Origin: an uncultured Pseudomonadota bacterium | Lineage (GTDB): Bacteria; Pseudomonadota; Alphaproteobacteria; RF32; CAG-239 | Length of the DNA stretch: 64,000 nucleotides | Reading direction: 5' to 3' | Assembly: GCA_902763155.1 (NCBI GenBank) | Contig: CACWQS010000011.1 | Coordinates: 1,197 to 65,196 of the forward strand | Shown here: positions 49,064 to 58,601 of the stretch, piece by piece | How the letters are laid out: every line of letters starts with the position of its first letter | Position numbering within the stretch: the first letter of the stretch is position 1 | Notes under the pieces: model-generated | Told to the model about the DNA's origin: nothing | The model's database searches: none | The model's input: the letters and a program-made list of their open reading frames with translations, nothing else | Made by a program: the position numbers and the translations under genes

Positions 49064-49432
49064 TTACTCAGCCACCTTCTCTTTCTCATCACGGAAGATA
49101 TCAAGCATCCATTCCCTCATCACATGCTTGCATTCTTTATTAGCAAATAGTGACTGGAAGAAATAGATAGCAAGAAGCACCACAATAGGTGCTCCTATAC
49201 CTTCACAAGCAAATGCCGAAATGACAAAAGCTGATACAATGAAGATAAGCGCCAGTTTATTTCTAAACAAGGTAGCATAGAAAGTCATGGCTGTGATGAT
49301 CAATGCAACAAGCAGTCTTGCTGCCTGATCTGCAATGTTTTCTTTAAAAGTTGCCGCCAACATGAAAATCTCGGCAACTGCACAAAGTGCAACAAGAAGC
49401 ACACTGAATACTGGGGTTTCATTCTGTTTCAT
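49064..49432 (-). CDS. Hypothetical small membrane protein (3-4 TM) inside a MITE-bracketed cassette
   Basis: 122-aa ORF with its own hairpin plus T-run downstream. By eye its codon choice (CAG, GTG, CTT/CTG) differs from neighbouring genes. No family recognised. Confidence 0.45.
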   Translation of the reverse strand: MKQNETPVFSVLLVALCAVAEIFMLAATFKENIADQAARLLVALIITAMTFYATLFRNKLALIFIVSAFVISAFACEGIGAPIVVLLAIYFFQSLFANKECKHVMREWMLDIFRDEKEKVAE

Positions 49433-49690
49433 AATTTTCTGTTTTTATTTGTTAATACTATATAATCCAACCAAAAACAAAAGTTATTATGACCATCCAT
49501 TTGCGTTTATGCTAAAAGCACACAACAAACAGCGTCTCTTAAGCCCCAAAACATAATTGGTAAACCTAATCGCAAACATAATAACTTTTGAATCATAGTT
49601 ATTATAGCCTAAATTTGTCCAAAACGCAAGTATAAATTTTTCATCTTCTCCTTTGCTCATAATCCTTAAGCAACTGCAATATTTTTTCAA

Positions 49691-49911
49691 CGTCATTATG
49701 AGCTATTGAAAATGGTAAGCCTATGAAATAGGCTGATTTTTCCAAGCTTAAGGCGCAAGAAAAATCCATTTTCAATTCGAGTGATAATCCAGTATGATAT
49801 AGCTAATTTTTTCTGGATAGCCACGCGAATTAAGGCGTAATTTTTGTATCGCTAAGGCTTGCAAAAATTGTCTTCTCCGAAGACTCTTCGCCTTAAAAGC
49901 TCGCTATGACG
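49691..49911 (-). mobile_element. MITE-like non-autonomous element, copy R (inverted relative to copy L)
   Basis: CGTCATTATGAGCT at 49691-49704 and GCTCGCTATGACG at 49899-49911. The reverse complement of its core (CGCGTGGCTATCCAGAAAAAATTAGCTATATCATACTGGATT) aligns with 48857-48897 of copy L. Confidence 0.75.
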
Positions 49912-49924
49912 TATTTATTTTCTC

Positions 49925-50458
49925 TTACGCTCGCTGTTCATGAGCCTTGCAAAAATTACGCAAGTAAAAATATTCGGCAATACTGATAGCGCCATACGCC
50001 GCCAAATACAGCCCCACCAAAATCACCAGTGCAAAATCGCCAAACGCCTGATTTCCGAGCACCAAATAAGCGATAATAATACCTAATACACCGCTGAACA
50101 GACTCCACCCCCACGGCAAATCAAGTTTATAGCTTTCGTAACTGCCATAAAGTTGCATAATACCGGTCGCCAAAAACCACAAAGCAAAGAAAATCGGCAA
50201 AGTTTGCACGGTTAAGCCTAAATTGGTTAAAAAGATAAGACCTATGAAAATATCCAATAGCCCGATTACCATATACCAAGGCGATGATGCCGAAAACGAC
50301 GATGCCACATAGCCGCAACCTAAAATAAACAACGCCGCTCCCACATATATGGCAATGGCATAAAGCGATGAGAGCGGATTAGCCCACACCAAAATACCCA
50401 AGACAAACATTATAATGCCGGCAATCAAGTGCCAGATACTACATTTATTGGTAAGCAT
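49925..50458 (-). CDS. HdeD-family (DUF308) membrane protein
   Basis: 177 aa with six TMs built from repeated G-x3-I-x2-G segments. Confidence 0.7.
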   Translation of the reverse strand: MLTNKCSIWHLIAGIIMFVLGILVWANPLSSLYAIAIYVGAALFILGCGYVASSFSASSPWYMVIGLLDIFIGLIFLTNLGLTVQTLPIFFALWFLATGIMQLYGSYESYKLDLPWGWSLFSGVLGIIIAYLVLGNQAFGDFALVILVGLYLAAYGAISIAEYFYLRNFCKAHEQRA

Positions 50459-50625
50459 ATTTTTTCTCCTCTAATATTGAATTATCAAAGCAAAAATATG
50501 CGCTTAAGCAATAAATACAAGGTTCATCTGCCTAAAAGTCTATGCCTATTATCATTAACTGTCATGCCTCGTTTTCGTTAGAAAACGTCAAGGCATCTTC
50601 AATATCATAAAAAAGGTTATCAAGA

Positions 50626-51732
50626 TTATATTTTCCGCGCCAAATGCTCTAAAAATTTAATCTGAATATCGGCAATTTGCTCCACACTTTGCCACTCCAC
50701 ATATTCGCCGCTGGCGTGCATTCCCTCGCCGGTGCCCGAGTGCATAATCACCGTCGAACCTTTCACTGCAAACTCACGCGAATCAGTCGCCCCGCCGATA
50801 TGCTCAAATTCTATTTGCCGTCCCAAAATATTTTCGGCAAACCGTTTATAATCCAATATATCCGGATTTTTCTCATCCATCACCACCGGAGTTGAAGCCG
50901 AAACAATTTTATAGCTCACCCCTGGCACCATACACTTTTGCAAATTGCGCTCCAAATTTTCCACGCTGGAATCTTCGGTCAAACGAAAATCAAGCAACGC
51001 CTCGGCATAGTTGGAAATAATGTTCGAAACCTGCCCGCCCTCAATCTTGGCAAAATGCACCGTATCAATCCACTTATCGTCCGGTTGCGGTAAATCTGCA
51101 GCAAAATACGCATAAATCTGCCGAATATTTTGCCACGTTTTGAACAGCAATTCATTGGCATCTATACCTTCCCACGGCGTTGAACCATGCGCCTCTTTTC
51201 CGTTTGCAATCAACTTCACAAACACCGGATTCTTGCACTTACTGACAATTTTCGTAATATCACCGCCCACATCATTATCCAAAACAATTTTAGATTTAAT
51301 CTCCGGATAAGCCGCCAAAAACGATTCGGTTGAATGACTGCCCTTTTCTTCATCGGTAGAAAGAACAACACCGAATTTTAACGGCAATTTATGCTCTGCC
51401 ACATATTCCATCGAATTAAGCGCCACCGCCGCAAAAGACTTCATATCAAGCGTGCCGCGTCCATACATTTTGCCATCTATCATCTTCGGCTCAAACATTT
51501 CATCAGCCGCCGGCACCACATCAATATGCCCTAACACCAACACATCAAAATCAAGTGTATCGACGTTACGCAAAAACACCACCGGCGACGCAGTCGATTG
51601 GAAGATTTCTACCAATACATCTGTACCGGCAAATTTAGCTTTTATATACTGCGCCGCCTTAGTTATTTCCGCAGCATTACCGGTTTCTGTTCTGAAACGG
51701 ATTAAATCTTCAGCAGTTGCACGTAAATCCAT
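50626..51732 (-). CDS. M20-family metallopeptidase (ArgE/DapE/ACY1 type)
   Basis: Start moved to MDLRAT (GAGAGG RBS). Motifs LGHIDVVP, GRGTLDMK, DEEKGS and HASGEY. Confidence 0.8.
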   Translation of the reverse strand: MDLRATAEDLIRFRTETGNAAEITKAAQYIKAKFAGTDVLVEIFQSTASPVVFLRNVDTLDFDVLVLGHIDVVPAADEMFEPKMIDGKMYGRGTLDMKSFAAVALNSMEYVAEHKLPLKFGVVLSTDEEKGSHSTESFLAAYPEIKSKIVLDNDVGGDITKIVSKCKNPVFVKLIANGKEAHGSTPWEGIDANELLFKTWQNIRQIYAYFAADLPQPDDKWIDTVHFAKIEGGQVSNIISNYAEALLDFRLTEDSSVENLERNLQKCMVPGVSYKIVSASTPVVMDEKNPDILDYKRFAENILGRQIEFEHIGGATDSREFAVKGSTVIMHSGTGEGMHASGEYVEWQSVEQIADIQIKFLEHLARKI

Positions 51733-51817
51733 CTTTTTACCTCTCTTTTTTACTGTTTTTATCATTTTTTAATATATTTACGGCATATTGATTTAAAATA
51801 GGTAAAAGGATACAAAA

Positions 51818-52327
51818 ATGAGATTTCTTTTTTTGACATTATCAACATTTATTTTAAGTTTCGGCTTAATTTTTAACGCTCAAGCACAGGAAGAAGAAAG
51901 CGAAAGCGGACTAGCCCTGCCCCGCATGGTGTCACTTCGTTCCAGCTTAATCAATGCGCGTTCCGGTCCGGGAAGTCGCTACCCGATAGAATGGGTTTAT
52001 AAGCAAAAAGGTGCACCGGTCGAGATTATTGCCGAATTTGAATTGTGGCGGCAAATTCGCGACTGGGAAGGCTCTGAATCGTGGGTGCATAAAGCCATGC
52101 TTTCCGGTCGCCGCTTTGTTCGTGTAACCAATCCGGGCAAAAATAACATCTATGCCAAACCGGAAACAGATGCCCAAATTATTGCTTATGTTGAAGACGG
52201 TGTAGTCGGCGAAGTAGATAAATGCCCTTTGCAAAGTAGTATGTGCTTAATCAAATTTGACAACGTCCGCGGTTGGATAGCACGTTCTGCCCTGTTTGGC
52301 ATTTATGACGATGAGGTCATCAAATAG
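51818..52327 (+). CDS. Secreted bacterial SH3-like domain protein (DUF1058/COG3807-like)
   Basis: Signal peptide, then LPRMVSLRSSLINARSGPGSRYPIEWVY...WRQIRDWEGSESWVH. Confidence 0.7.
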   Translation: MRFLFLTLSTFILSFGLIFNAQAQEEESESGLALPRMVSLRSSLINARSGPGSRYPIEWVYKQKGAPVEIIAEFELWRQIRDWEGSESWVHKAMLSGRRFVRVTNPGKNNIYAKPETDAQIIAYVEDGVVGEVDKCPLQSSMCLIKFDNVRGWIARSALFGIYDDEVIK

Positions 52328-52329
52328 TC

Positions 52330-53265
52330 GTGAAAGAAGCAATTAAATTTAATGCCGATGAAACACTGCTGAAGCTGATTAAAAATTGGCAAGATTTTTT
52401 GCTTAAAGAACGCCGCTTTTCAAACCATACTTTAGACGCTTATTCGCGCGATTTAGCCACTTTTCTGCATGAAGTGCAGGAAGCAAAACTGAAATTAAAA
52501 GACTTAGAAATGCTCGATATTCGCGATTTCCGGCGTTTTCTGAGTAATCGTGCCGCAAAAAATATAAATCCGTCCTCAATCAGTCGTGAACTTTCAGCAG
52601 TTAAAAACTTTTTTCGCTGGCTTGATATAAACAACATCATAAAAAATGCCGCCATCAGCATAATTTCATCACCGCGCAAAGCTAAAATTCTACCCAAAGC
52701 GTTGGATATAAAAGATTCTTACACCGTTTTAGATGAAATAAAAGACATCGCTGCCGATGCTTGGCAAGGTTTGCGCGATCGGGCTATTTTTACCCTGCTC
52801 TACGGTTGCGGTTTGCGTATATCCGAAGCGCTGTCCCTTAATGTTGGCGATATCACCGAAAAAAGCGATTTTTTGCGTATTCGCGGTAAAGGTAACAAAG
52901 ACCGTATCGTTCCGCTTCTCCCGATTATTTGGCAAAGCATTGAAGCGTATCTTAATAAATGCCCTTATTCCCCATTACAGGGCGAGCCGCTGTTTTTGGG
53001 TGCTCGCGGCGACCGCTTAAGCCCGCGCATTGTGCAGCGACAAATGCAAAAACTGCGCCTGCGTTTAGGCTTACCCGATACTCTCACTCCTCATGCCCTC
53101 CGCCACTCTTTTGCCACTCAATTATTAGGAGAAGGTGTCGATTTACGCTCTATTCAACAACTTTTGGGGCATTCATCTTTAATGACAACCCAACGCTATA
53201 CCGATGTGCAAACCGAAATGCTGCAACACGAATATCATATAGCTCATCCGCTAGAGAAAAAATAA
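52330..53265 (+). CDS. Tyrosine site-specific recombinase, XerC/XerD family
   Basis: GTG start. Catalytic RxxxR...HALRHSFAT...LLGHSSLMTTQRY signature. Confidence 0.8.
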   Translation: MKEAIKFNADETLLKLIKNWQDFLLKERRFSNHTLDAYSRDLATFLHEVQEAKLKLKDLEMLDIRDFRRFLSNRAAKNINPSSISRELSAVKNFFRWLDINNIIKNAAISIISSPRKAKILPKALDIKDSYTVLDEIKDIAADAWQGLRDRAIFTLLYGCGLRISEALSLNVGDITEKSDFLRIRGKGNKDRIVPLLPIIWQSIEAYLNKCPYSPLQGEPLFLGARGDRLSPRIVQRQMQKLRLRLGLPDTLTPHALRHSFATQLLGEGVDLRSIQQLLGHSSLMTTQRYTDVQTEMLQHEYHIAHPLEKK

Positions 53266-53328
53266 AAAACCCGCACTTGATAAAAGCACAGGTCACTAGT
53301 TTTTTATATGCGAAAATCTCAAAAAAAA

Positions 53329-53496
53329 TTACTTCAACTTCTTCTCAACAAATTCTTCATGTTTGCGAGATTTCTTGTCATATTTCTTCATTGAAAGCTT
53401 TTCCGGATGTGTTCTCGGATTTTTTTCAGCGATGAAAAAAGTGCCTGTTCCGGCGGTGCTTTCCATTTTAACTTTAACTTTTACTGCTTTTGCCAT
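53329..53496 (-). CDS. rpmG: 50S ribosomal protein L33
   Basis: Below the ORF-track size cut-off. My translation is MAKAVKVKVKMESTAGTGTFFIAEKNPRTHPEKLSMKKYDKKSRKHEEFVEKKLK (55 aa). A TTGACA-16-TATATT promoter lies upstream. Confidence 0.85.
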   Translation of the reverse strand: MAKAVKVKVKMESTAGTGTFFIAEKNPRTHPEKLSMKKYDKKSRKHEEFVEKKLK

Positions 53497-53540
53497 TTTA
53501 TTTACTCTTTTCCTAAAATATCAATTAAACATTTAGGCTC

Positions 53541-53568
53541 AATATACATATTTTCCATGGCTTGTCAA
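53541..53568 (-). promoter_or_regulatory. Sigma-70-like promoter of rpmG
   Basis: On the minus strand: TTGACA (53563-53568), a 16-nt spacer, then TATATT (53541-53546). Confidence 0.45.
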
Positions 53569-53603
53569 TAGCTTTTTTCACCGCAAAAGTATATTTTTCT
53601 CCA

Positions 53604-54065
53604 TTACCCGAAAAAATTATTGATTTGCGAGGTTATATATTGCGAAAAGTATGAGGGATCTTCTACCCAAAACTGCGGATTATCAATTTTATAATAGCCG
53701 CGCGCCATACCGTCATTAACCCTTACCAAAACAATAGATAATGGCGAATCCAAATCATAATCTTCGACAAAATTATGCTCCCACGGATCTGCATAATTTA
53801 TCTCAAAATAGCTGTATTGCCCACTGTAATTCTGCTCATACAGATTATAAATCATGCCGATTGCTTGAGCGCAGGTATCACACTGAGCATTATTGTAAAA
53901 CACATAAATAATCGACTTGTTCCAATTATCTTCGTTTTGCGAAACATATTCCTGCATATACGGATTATTGCCGGAAATATTGACCTCTTGCGCCTCACCT
54001 ACACTCCAAAGCAAAACCGCAATAAGTGCTAAAAACACCCCCCATAAACCAAATTTTTGACGCAT
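53604..54065 (-). CDS. Hypothetical secreted protein, possibly thioredoxin-like (CxxC)
   Basis: 153 aa with a signal peptide and a single CDTC motif after a beta-strand-like IIYVFYNNAQ. Confidence 0.4.
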   Translation of the reverse strand: MRQKFGLWGVFLALIAVLLWSVGEAQEVNISGNNPYMQEYVSQNEDNWNKSIIYVFYNNAQCDTCAQAIGMIYNLYEQNYSGQYSYFEINYADPWEHNFVEDYDLDSPLSIVLVRVNDGMARGYYKIDNPQFWVEDPSYFSQYITSQINNFFG

Positions 54066-54081
54066 CTTTCTCTCCTTTATA

Positions 54082-55749
54082 TCAAAGCGGAGAGCATGCC
54101 TTCTTAAGCCACTTTTTTTCTTCCTTATTCATATATAGCACCAAACAATCATACACCGTTTGATGATATTCGTTAAGCCACTTTAGCTCGTCCGCAGTCA
54201 GCATATATTCATCAATCAAGCGTTTATCAAGAGGCACTTTAGTCAGCGGTGCAAATTCTAAAAATCCTTTTTTATCAGATTTTACAGTTCTCAATAAACT
54301 CTCGATTCTAATACCATACTTTCCTTCTTTATATATCCCCGGCTCATCAGAAACCACCACATTTTCTTCAAAAGCATAGTTTGCCGCTGCAGAAATGCTG
54401 ACCGGTTCTTCATGCACATTACCGAAACAAGCCACTCCATGTCCGGTACCATGTTTATAATCCAATCCGTGTTGCCACAAAACCGCTCGAGCAATACCAT
54501 CAAGCTGAGTCCCTCTTGTTCCAATCGGAAAAATTTGTTTTGCCAACGCAATATGCGCCTTCAAAACCAATGTAAAATCCGTAATTTGTTCTCTGTTCGG
54601 TCGTCCGATAACTGCCGTGCGCGTAATATCTGTAGTACCGTCCAAATATTGCCCACCGCTGTCCAGTAATAATAATTCTCCTTGCTGCAAAGCTTTATTA
54701 CTTTTTTCGGTCGGCTGATAATGCACAATCGCTCCATTTGCACCGCTGGCGGCAATGGTCGCAAAACTTTCGCTGAAAAAATCCTCTTGCTCGGTACGTA
54801 GTTCATGTAATTTCTGCACCACATCAAGCTCGGTTTTACCCTGCCAATTTTGCTCTAACCATATCAAAAACTTCGTAACCGCCACACCATCACGAACATG
54901 ACATGCTTTCATGTCGGCAATTTCTTTCTTATTTTTAACCGCTTTTAACTGTTGGCAAATATCCGCCGCTTGCAACATATTTTCCGTAACCAACTTCGCC
55001 GGAGTTGTCCGTGCATCATAAACAATTTTGCCTTTATTATTTTGCAAAAAGTCCGCCAATTTGCTCATAGGTTGACAATCAAAATCTGTCTGCAAATTAT
55101 CGGCAAACAAAGTAACTTCATTTTGCGAACTAATCAACGCATATGCCCGCACTACCGGAGAATATGGCAAATCATGTGCGTAAATATTCAAAAGCCAAGA
55201 AACACTATCTGCCGCCGTCAATAATAAATAATCTGCTCCTTTTTGTTTAAGCATATCAGTAACAATTTGTAGTTTTTCTTGCCGACTTTGTCCGGCATAC
55301 TTAACATCACGCCGCTCTACTTTTATCATCGCATCACTGTCGATTTTCACTAAATCTCCGATGTCTTCAAAAGATAAATCAGCAAAACCACGTTTAGCAA
55401 TCATCATTTCTGCCGCACTGAAACACCACGCATCATAACCTACTTCTAATAAGCCGTTTTTCTGCAAAACCTCACAAACATTCTTCATCGTAGGTATATT
55501 ATTTATTATCTCTATTTTTGTAATGTCAACCTCTTGCCTGGCTTGTAATTCATAGCGTCCGTCCACCAACAAAAAACACCCATTACGGCTGATAATCAAC
55601 GCTCCTGCAGAACCGGAAAAATCGCATAAATGTTTTATTTTATGTTCGCTTTCCAAAATATCTTGCCCTATAAACCTATTGCCATGGCTGACCACGTAAG
55701 CATCAAGTCCTCGCTCATCTAAAATTTGCATAATTTCATCTATTGACAT
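54082..55749 (-). CDS. pepP: Xaa-Pro aminopeptidase (M24B, long three-domain form)
   Basis: Start moved to MSIDEIMQIL (GGAGAA RBS). Metal ligands in LLLDSGGQY..GTTDITRT, HGTGHGV and SDEPGIY. C-terminal extension domain present. Confidence 0.8.
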   Translation of the reverse strand: MSIDEIMQILDERGLDAYVVSHGNRFIGQDILESEHKIKHLCDFSGSAGALIISRNGCFLLVDGRYELQARQEVDITKIEIINNIPTMKNVCEVLQKNGLLEVGYDAWCFSAAEMMIAKRGFADLSFEDIGDLVKIDSDAMIKVERRDVKYAGQSRQEKLQIVTDMLKQKGADYLLLTAADSVSWLLNIYAHDLPYSPVVRAYALISSQNEVTLFADNLQTDFDCQPMSKLADFLQNNKGKIVYDARTTPAKLVTENMLQAADICQQLKAVKNKKEIADMKACHVRDGVAVTKFLIWLEQNWQGKTELDVVQKLHELRTEQEDFFSESFATIAASGANGAIVHYQPTEKSNKALQQGELLLLDSGGQYLDGTTDITRTAVIGRPNREQITDFTLVLKAHIALAKQIFPIGTRGTQLDGIARAVLWQHGLDYKHGTGHGVACFGNVHEEPVSISAAANYAFEENVVVSDEPGIYKEGKYGIRIESLLRTVKSDKKGFLEFAPLTKVPLDKRLIDEYMLTADELKWLNEYHQTVYDCLVLYMNKEEKKWLKKACSPL

Positions 55750-55750
55750 C

Positions 55751-56617
55751 TTACTTCTCCAATAAAGCCGCACACCAATTATCCTGCCGATACAATTTTT
55801 TCAATTTCAAACCAAACTGCTCATGCGCACCAATCACCCAATCGATTTGCTCCTCAATAAATCCGGAAATAACCGCATAGCCGCCGACTTTCAAATATTT
55901 TGCCATATCCGGCGCCATCTCAATCAGCGGACGCGCCAAAATGTTAGCCAATATTACATCATACGGCGCATTTTTCTTCACTACATCTGCACTGTATCCA
56001 TCACTCAAAGCCGCGGTAATTTGTTTATCTACTCCATTATCTATTGCATTCTGCTTTGTAACTTCCACCGATTCGTTATCAATATCTACCGCCACGATTT
56101 TTGCATCTTGCCAAAGTTTTGCTGCAGCCAATGATAATATTCCCGAACCGGTCCCCACATCTAAAACTCTTTGTGGTTTTATCAGCTTATTTATATCAGA
56201 TATTCCTTGCAAACATCCCTTTGTTGTCTGGTGTTCAGAGCCAAATGCCGTTGCCGCATACACTTTAATGCCTATTTTCCCATGAGTATCAATATCTTTT
56301 TCATGTATACCATAGACCAGAAACTCTGCCACCTCAACCGGTGCAAACTTAATCACATTTTCGGTTAACCAATCATTGCTACTGATAATCTCCGTTTCGA
56401 ATTCCGGCAATTTAACACCCGCCGCTTCCGCTGCCGCCGCCAATTCGTCAATCTTACCGTCTTGACGCATATACCCGACAAGTTGCTCCAATCCGTTATC
56501 ATCATAGTCATAGGTAACAACTTCAAAAAAATCCTCGGCAAATCTCGCCAAATCTTCATCAACCTCTTGAACTGGCGCAAATTTCACTATTTTACAGGTT
56601 CCGGCATTATTACTCAT
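55751..56617 (-). CDS. prmA: Ribosomal protein L11 methyltransferase
   Basis: 288 aa. AFGSEHQTT (variant of the GTGxHxTT motif) and VLDVGTGSGILSLAAAKL. Confidence 0.85.
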   Translation of the reverse strand: MSNNAGTCKIVKFAPVQEVDEDLARFAEDFFEVVTYDYDDNGLEQLVGYMRQDGKIDELAAAAEAAGVKLPEFETEIISSNDWLTENVIKFAPVEVAEFLVYGIHEKDIDTHGKIGIKVYAATAFGSEHQTTKGCLQGISDINKLIKPQRVLDVGTGSGILSLAAAKLWQDAKIVAVDIDNESVEVTKQNAIDNGVDKQITAALSDGYSADVVKKNAPYDVILANILARPLIEMAPDMAKYLKVGGYAVISGFIEEQIDWVIGAHEQFGLKLKKLYRQDNWCAALLEK

Positions 56618-56706
56618 ATTTTTTCGCTCTCGTTATAACTTTTTTTACTAAATTGATATATATCTATCATTGTATATACATAAAACATTTAAAAAAGAGC
56701 GAACAC

Positions 56707-57555
56707 ATGAAAAAAATATTTTTGCTGGCAATATCTTTACCTTTCCTCGTTTGCGGCGGCTATTATCACGACGGCGAACGCTTTAGTAACGATGTGCGTC
56801 AATGGGGCAGTGATATGGTTGATTCCATACATACTGTTGTTGAACGTGATCACGAAAATTATTGGCTCAACAATTTCCGCTCATTCAAAACTTATCCGAT
56901 AAATTATTATCAAGGAAATCATGAAAATGCTTCGGAAACTAATGTGCAAACAACTACACACCATACTCAAGAATATCCGAAAAACATTCCGATTTCCGCT
57001 TACGTAGGACAACGTATCATCGGTGATGAAACCTATACCGTAACCACTTCCGACATGGGAGAACATTATGAAATCAGCACTGATGGCGAAATTCGCAACT
57101 CTATATACCAAATCAAATTATCTAAGCGTCAAGTAATGACTCCGATTGGAGAAGTGCTAATTAATGGTCGATATTTTTTAGTGTTTGAACCGGAACAAGA
57201 CGGACGTATGCTACTTGCCGACGAAAATGGTCAAATTATGCATAATATTGGACATTACTATCGTGGAGAATTGTTAATATCAAGAGATATAACAACTGTT
57301 ATACCGAAAGACCTTGGTATTATAAAAACTTCGAATATTATACAAAAAGCCACAACCCCGCAATTACAATACGAAATTTTCTATAATGGTGTGGTAGAAG
57401 GTCAGATGCAGTTTACTTATGTCGATTATTTAAATGGTCGGAACGAAAAAACTTTTGTTTTTCCGGTCAATCAGCAAATTATCAGTATCAATGGTAAAAA
57501 TATTAAGGTGCATCAGGCTACAGATAAATTTATTGAATACATTATACTTAATTAG
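56707..57555 (+). CDS. Hypothetical secreted/lipoprotein
   Basis: Start moved to MKKIFLLAISLPFLVCGG. No family recognised. Confidence 0.45.
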   Translation: MKKIFLLAISLPFLVCGGYYHDGERFSNDVRQWGSDMVDSIHTVVERDHENYWLNNFRSFKTYPINYYQGNHENASETNVQTTTHHTQEYPKNIPISAYVGQRIIGDETYTVTTSDMGEHYEISTDGEIRNSIYQIKLSKRQVMTPIGEVLINGRYFLVFEPEQDGRMLLADENGQIMHNIGHYYRGELLISRDITTVIPKDLGIIKTSNIIQKATTPQLQYEIFYNGVVEGQMQFTYVDYLNGRNEKTFVFPVNQQIISINGKNIKVHQATDKFIEYIILN

Positions 57556-57568
57556 TATACTTCTCTTA

Positions 57569-57610
57569 CAAAAAATCTCTTACCGCAATCAAGCGATAAG
57601 AGATTTTTTT
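57569..57610. terminator. Bidirectional intrinsic terminator between the hypothetical gene and galU
   Basis: AATCTCTTACCGC (57574-57586) pairs with GCGATAAGAGATT (57593-57605) with one mismatch, flanked by A-run and T-run. Confidence 0.75.
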
Positions 57611-57626
57611 ATTACTTTTATTGCAA

Positions 57627-58514
57627 TTAGTCCATATTTTTAAGCATATCACGTGCCCACACACGCAAATCAGCATCACGCTGTAAACTCAGACGAATGT
57701 TGGCTTTCAGTAAATCGGCATTAGTCCCGCAATCATAGCGTTCAACATCTGCCAACACACCATAAATCGGCATTCCGCGCTGCGCTGCCAAATTTATACC
57801 GTCGGTCAGGTTAATTTCTCCATTAGAACCTTTAGTAACTTCCGGCAAAACCTGCATTACTATATTCGGAATAATATATGGTCCCATTGAAGCATAATTA
57901 GATGGTACTTCTTCTAATTTAGGCTTTTCCACCATTCCATGTGCTCGCACAATATTACCATCGCGCTCAACCCCCGATAATGCCCCATAACGCACCATTT
58001 CTTCACGCTTAAATTCCATAATATTTTCCACCATGCCTCCGGTCTTTTCATACACATCGCACAGCTGTTGCATAATCCCCTTACCATGCGGATTAAGATA
58101 CACATCATCAACCCACATCACGGCAAAATCACGCTCGCCGATAATATCCTTAGCCATCAAAATAGCATGACCGTTACCTTTTGGTTCACTTTGACAGGCA
58201 AATGAAAACTTCATACCTTTAGGAATAATTTTCTGCACTGCCTCCAATAGCGCCGTCTTATTTTGCGCTGCTAATCGTTCTTCCAGCTCCGGAGCCGGCG
58301 TAAAATATGTTTCAAACATATGCTTACATGCTTCATCGCTATATATAAACACAATTTCCTTAAATCCGGCTTCGGCACAACTATCTACCGCATATTGAAT
58401 AACCGGCAAATTATTCAAAGTCATAAATCCTTTATGCAAAACTTTGGTTGTCGGCAAATTACGCGTTGATAAACCGGCGACCGGTAAAATACATACTTCT
58501 GGTCTTTTATACAT
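57627..58514 (-). CDS. galU: UTP--glucose-1-phosphate uridylyltransferase
   Basis: 295 aa. PVAGLSTRNLPTTKV resembles the GalU PxAGxGTRxLPxTK motif. Nucleotidyltransferase fold throughout. Confidence 0.7.
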   Translation of the reverse strand: MYKRPEVCILPVAGLSTRNLPTTKVLHKGFMTLNNLPVIQYAVDSCAEAGFKEIVFIYSDEACKHMFETYFTPAPELEERLAAQNKTALLEAVQKIIPKGMKFSFACQSEPKGNGHAILMAKDIIGERDFAVMWVDDVYLNPHGKGIMQQLCDVYEKTGGMVENIMEFKREEMVRYGALSGVERDGNIVRAHGMVEKPKLEEVPSNYASMGPYIIPNIVMQVLPEVTKGSNGEINLTDGINLAAQRGMPIYGVLADVERYDCGTNADLLKANIRLSLQRDADLRVWARDMLKNMD

Positions 58515-58601
58515 TTCAATCCTCCATAATTATTTTTTATAATGTATTTATATACCGACTAAGATGCGGATACAAGATGACAAAGAAAAAATTTAACAAT
58601 A

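Noticed and set aside
49487-49696. 69-aa minus-strand ORF upstream of the cassette gene
   Set aside because: It starts inside the MITE terminal repeat and has no RBS. Its sequence is Cys/Asn-rich and low-information. It may be a real small gene, but the sequence alone gives no support.
50550-50600. Imperfect hairpin (ATGCCTCGTTTTC...GAAAACGTCAAGGCAT) between the M20 peptidase gene and the hdeD-like gene, possibly another MITE end or a terminator
   Set aside because: The stem has a 3-nt bulge and no T-tract on the relevant strand. Similarity to the CGTCATTACGAGC ends is too weak to call.
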